IMG/VR virus record: IMGVR_UViG_3300032167_000006
Length of the DNA stretch: 64,000 nucleotides
Origin: a virus
Lineage: Duplodnaviria > Caudoviricetes
Direction: 5' to 3' (one strand)
The notes under the pieces are model-generated. The model did not search any database, was not told the DNA's origin, and saw nothing but the letters and a program-made list of their open reading frames with translations. How positions within the stretch are numbered: the first letter of the stretch is position 1; each line of letters opens with the position of its first letter. Of the stretch, positions 60,449-64,000 are shown in pieces. A program made the position numbers and the translations under genes.

Positions 60449-61150
60449 TTATTCTTCTGTATTAGATGTTTCATCTACTTCTGTTTCTGGTACAATTGTT
60501 TCTTCTACAACTGTATCTTCTACATTAGATGTTTCATCTATAAGTACTTCTTCTACATTAGATGTTTCATCTTTTATTTCATTAATATTAGATTCTTCAT
60601 CTTCTGTTTTATTTTTTGCATTAACTTTTTCTACATAAGCATTATATTCTGCTTTAGCTCTAGTTTCTGCAAAATTTTGTGTGAAACGACCATTGTAATA
60701 ATCGTCATTATCATTAACTGCCTTTTGACCATCAATAACGCCATGAGCTTTATTAATATCAGTAGGTCCAAGATTAACAATATTTGGATTAAGAGCAGAT
60801 TTAAATCTGTCAATGATGCGCTCTTTCCATTCATCGCTAACACAACCAAGTGAATCTAACGATTCTTTAAGCTGTGGTATAGTCATTCTAGCTACTTCCA
60901 TAGACTGAATATGCTCGTAAGCAACTGCGAATAATGATACAGTACCTCCAATATTTGAAGGTGATCTTTCTTTAATGGGTTCTGTTAAAGCGTAATTATA
61001 AAGAATTCCGTTTTCATCATCCCATTTAACAAACTGATATTTTGTAGACTCATCAATAAGTCTAAATGTATTATCTATATATACTATAAGTGGCCAGTTT
61101 TTACCTGCTTTAAGTATATTTCTTACTTTTATAACATCAGCTTTTTCCAT
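60449..61150 (-). CDS. Hypothetical protein with acidic DETSN(V/T)EE-repeat tail
   Basis: Three DETSNxE repeats, also visible as DNA repeats. Confidence 0.8.
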   Translation of the reverse strand: MEKADVIKVRNILKAGKNWPLIVYIDNTFRLIDESTKYQFVKWDDENGILYNYALTEPIKERSPSNIGGTVSLFAVAYEHIQSMEVARMTIPQLKESLDSLGCVSDEWKERIIDRFKSALNPNIVNLGPTDINKAHGVIDGQKAVNDNDDYYNGRFTQNFAETRAKAEYNAYVEKVNAKNKTEDEESNINEIKDETSNVEEVLIDETSNVEDTVVEETIVPETEVDETSNTEE

Positions 61151-61233
61151 TTAAATATGCCTCCTTATAATAAAATATTAATCCTGGGGGCTTACGCACC
61201 CAGGCTAAATATTTTTTAGTTTTACCAAAATGT

Positions 61234-61701
61234 TTAGAGATTAGAAATATCCCTAGTATCTATCATTCTGATAGGCATAAGTGTTGTTATAATATCTGCA
61301 CCATATGAAATAGCTTCAAACATTTTTAAAATTGCGTACCAATGTTTTGCTCTCATATTCTGCACAACTTGTTCATTAGAAGCACGTATTCTTTCTTCAA
61401 GTATATTACTTGACGGAAAAGGTTTAATGCCTCTATTTAAACATTCATTAATATAGAAATTTAATGAATTACAAATAACTACACTTGAATTATAGTTATC
61501 CTGTGCCTCAGCTATACATGCTTGTATAATCTGAGGGCTATGAAAATAATTATAATCTTGCTCCTGAATCATATCAAAACGAATATCTTTAACAATTCGT
61601 TTTACATTCTTACGAATCTCATCAAGAGGGATACGATTAAAGAAATTCGGATCATTATTTTGACCACGTTTCTCTGCAAAATAACTTTGTCTTCCTGCCA
61701 T
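61234..61701 (-). CDS. Hypothetical protein
   Basis: 155 aa, AGGAGG SD. Confidence 0.75.
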   Translation of the reverse strand: MAGRQSYFAEKRGQNNDPNFFNRIPLDEIRKNVKRIVKDIRFDMIQEQDYNYFHSPQIIQACIAEAQDNYNSSVVICNSLNFYINECLNRGIKPFPSSNILEERIRASNEQVVQNMRAKHWYAILKMFEAISYGADIITTLMPIRMIDTRDISNL

Positions 61702-61716
61702 TTCTCTTCACCTCCT

Positions 61717-62142
61717 TTATTCAAGATCTTGCGTATTAATATCTCCGTCCATAAAGGATTTCATATCAATACGTTCTTTGTTGTCGATTATAAGATTCAT
61801 ATCATTCATTCTCTTATAATCATCTTCATCCCAATCGCCTTTGATATAATCTTCTATATCAAATCCATCGGAATAGAATTCTCCGGCGTATTTCATAAAT
61901 GCGTAAATAGATTTACGCTCGGCAAGAGTTACGGATTCTACTAATACGAAACTATGCTCTAAATCAATATCGTCAATAACGTTTTTAATGTATTCATAAG
62001 CTTCAGTTCGACCTGTAACAAGATCCCATGAATCTTGAACTCCAGAATCTATTTTAGCTCTAATACAAATTAAGTATTGGCGGTCTTCAGGATGTTTCTT
62101 AGTATTATCCACAATCTTGACCATTTCTTTTAATTCTGCCAT
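61717..62142 (-). CDS. Hypothetical protein
   Basis: 141 aa, N-terminal KEMVKIV, GGAGG SD. Confidence 0.8.
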   Translation of the reverse strand: MAELKEMVKIVDNTKKHPEDRQYLICIRAKIDSGVQDSWDLVTGRTEAYEYIKNVIDDIDLEHSFVLVESVTLAERKSIYAFMKYAGEFYSDGFDIEDYIKGDWDEDDYKRMNDMNLIIDNKERIDMKSFMDGDINTQDLE

Positions 62143-62201
62143 AAATAAAATACCTCCTTTGTTTATTACACCTCTATAATATGCAATTTATTTAATTTTT
62201 A

Positions 62202-63407
62202 TTAGTTCATTTTTACATATATTAATGATGTATCTGCTCTCGATGCTCCAACCAAATTCATAGGTCTCTGAATATCACCGTGCATATATTCTTCAATATA
62301 TACAACCTTACTCCATTGACCACCTTGAGATAGATATGTAGTTATAGCATATGCAAATTCAAACATATTACCTTTAGAATACTTATTTTTACGTATAGAA
62401 TCTCTAATTTTATAATCTGAAATCATATGCTTATAATTACATCTTGTATTGAAAAATATAGCATTTGGAGCTAACTCTGGAGCTATAGTCATTGAGAATT
62501 GTTCACCATCATATGATGATACGTCTGGTTGACTTAATACTTTACATACTAATCCATTTGTAATATTAATTTCTGTACCATTAGAAAGTTCTACGCCTTC
62601 AAGCCAGTTATTAGATCTTGCTACAACTTTCTCTCCATATTGAGGCAAATCGGATGTATAACCTTTTAATTTTCTAACACGAGCATTTATTTCATCTCTT
62701 GTTCTATTTGTGCCACAGATTATAATATCTGCCCATAGCAACATATCATCTGTTAATGCACTTCTATTTATAACTAAACTATTACCATGATATCCGCTTA
62801 ATAATGGTAACCCCAATCCAGCCCTACCAGCTATAAAACTGATATCTTCTCTACCTAACTGACGCATACATTTAGTAAGATGATATATCTTACCATCGGT
62901 AAGAAATGCAGGTTCATCATTTACAGGCGGTAACTGATTTTGGTCACCACAAACTAGAATCTTTTTTCCAAATCGTTTTATGTGTTCTCCTACAGTTTTT
63001 GGCAAACAATATCCCTCATCAATTACAATAAGTTTAATGCTATCATCAAGTTTATGAACTAATCTAAACCTTGGTATCATAATAGGTACATTCAAAAGAA
63101 GGTCTTTTACAACATCTCCATTTTTATCTTTCATAGGTACTGCTTCTACATGATATATCCATGAATGTGCTGTTTTAGCATTAATAAAACCTTTCATTCT
63201 CATTACTAAAGAAGCTGTGCCTGTAAAACTCATAGGAGCTGTTTCTGTTAATATATCCAAATCAAGTTTTCGTATTATTTCCATCAATACAACAGATTTA
63301 CCTGCTCCTGGAACACCATCGTATTGAAATACTGGTTCATCGCTTTTATAAAACCAATCTACAGCTTCATCTACTACAAGCTGTTGTTCTTCATTAAGTA
63401 CGATCAT
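62202..63407 (-). CDS. Dda/RecD-like SF1B helicase
   Basis: LNEEQ, GVPGAGKS, VIDE, GDQNQLPPV, YAIT..SQG, SRA; likely start 63407. Confidence 0.85.
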   Translation of the reverse strand: MIVLNEEQQLVVDEAVDWFYKSDEPVFQYDGVPGAGKSVVLMEIIRKLDLDILTETAPMSFTGTASLVMRMKGFINAKTAHSWIYHVEAVPMKDKNGDVVKDLLLNVPIMIPRFRLVHKLDDSIKLIVIDEGYCLPKTVGEHIKRFGKKILVCGDQNQLPPVNDEPAFLTDGKIYHLTKCMRQLGREDISFIAGRAGLGLPLLSGYHGNSLVINRSALTDDMLLWADIIICGTNRTRDEINARVRKLKGYTSDLPQYGEKVVARSNNWLEGVELSNGTEINITNGLVCKVLSQPDVSSYDGEQFSMTIAPELAPNAIFFNTRCNYKHMISDYKIRDSIRKNKYSKGNMFEFAYAITTYLSQGGQWSKVVYIEEYMHGDIQRPMNLVGASRADTSLIYVKMN

Positions 63408-63675
63408 AAATAATAACACCTTCTTTTATAAGACGCTTTTTCTCAGTTTTATTAATAATTAAAAAATCATCACCGTTTTTTAATTTATAATATTTAAGCA
63501 TCTTATCGCCATTTTCTAATAAAAATTTATTATATTCATCATCAGTCATTTCAACTTTATCTAAATATAAATTTAATTTATTATTACTAGAAATATATGT
63601 TTTTGCTATTTTTTCATTTAAACAAAATCCATTTAAATTATTATTTGATGATTCATACACCATCATAACTACCAT
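63394..63675 (-). CDS. Hypothetical protein
   Basis: 93 aa, overlaps the helicase start. Confidence 0.6.
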   Translation of the reverse strand: MVVMMVYESSNNNLNGFCLNEKIAKTYISSNNKLNLYLDKVEMTDDEYNKFLLENGDKMLKYYKLKNGDDFLIINKTEKKRLIKEGVIIYDRT

Positions 63676-63687
63676 ACTAGATAATCC

Positions 63688-63999
63688 TCACTTTTTATCT
63701 TTTTTATCTCTTTCAATAATAATATCCATATCATTAAAATCATATAAATGAGTGCGCTTAGTGATTTTACAAATCAAATTAAATACACGTACTGACTCAT
63801 TCATAAATGGATCTGATTTAATGCATTCAGTTTTTCCATTTTTAATATATGACATTGCAAATACACCCTTAGTACTTCCAGGTATTATACACTGATCTAA
63901 TGATAAAATGTCATTATGGATATGATCATGTAACCATGCATTAGCTAAAGTCTCACAAAGTTTTGGATTTTCTAAAAGATTAAAATCAATTTCATTAGC
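63688..63999 (-). CDS. Hypothetical protein, 5'-truncated by the window edge
   Basis: Open frame ANEIDFNLLENPKLC...RDKKDKK* from the edge. Confidence 0.65.
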   Translation of the reverse strand, partial: ANEIDFNLLENPKLCETLANAWLHDHIHNDILSLDQCIIPGSTKGVFAMSYIKNGKTECIKSDPFMNESVRVFNLICKITKRTHLYDFNDMDIIIERDKKDKK

Positions 64000-64000
64000 G

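Noticed and set aside
1-64000. Alternative genetic code (stop reassignment)
   Set aside because: Standard code gives full-length genes at high density; TAA, TAG and TGA all end genes; no suppressor tRNA seen.

Overview
AT-rich 64 kb segment of a jumbo myophage of the phiKZ/AR9(PBS1)-like group. Strong GGAGG Shine-Dalgarno sites suggest a Firmicutes host (inference). Transcription and replication genes: three pieces of a split multisubunit non-virion-type RNA polymerase (beta-N, beta-C, beta'-C), a small C-terminal beta piece of a second (probably virion) RNAP, a split family-B DNA polymerase with halves about 17 kb apart, NAD-dependent ligase, RecA/UvsX, SbcC, SF1 and SF2 helicases, and type IIA topoisomerase subunits. 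Other genes: a tubulin/FtsZ-family GTPase, terminase, portal, tail sheath and tube, three Trp-repeat paralogues and six tRNAs. AR9-like (A/T/G)ACA-N6-TA promoters, an AT-rich early-type promoter motif and many related hairpin terminators are visible. Three observations stand out. (1) A short peptide motif, [KRI]-[EVD]-M-[CV]-x-[IKV]-V, occurs about 20 times at the termini or linkers of about 14 mostly unrelated proteins, many of them DNA/RNA-transaction enzymes, and is essentially absent from structural proteins. It looks like an undescribed docking or localisation code, and a candidate sliding-clamp partner is encoded next to the polymerase. (2) Three copies of a structured ncRNA with a conserved scaffold and variable apical region are interleaved with the tRNAs. 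(3) The same cluster holds further structured RNAs. All calls are by-eye motif recognition; no searches were run.
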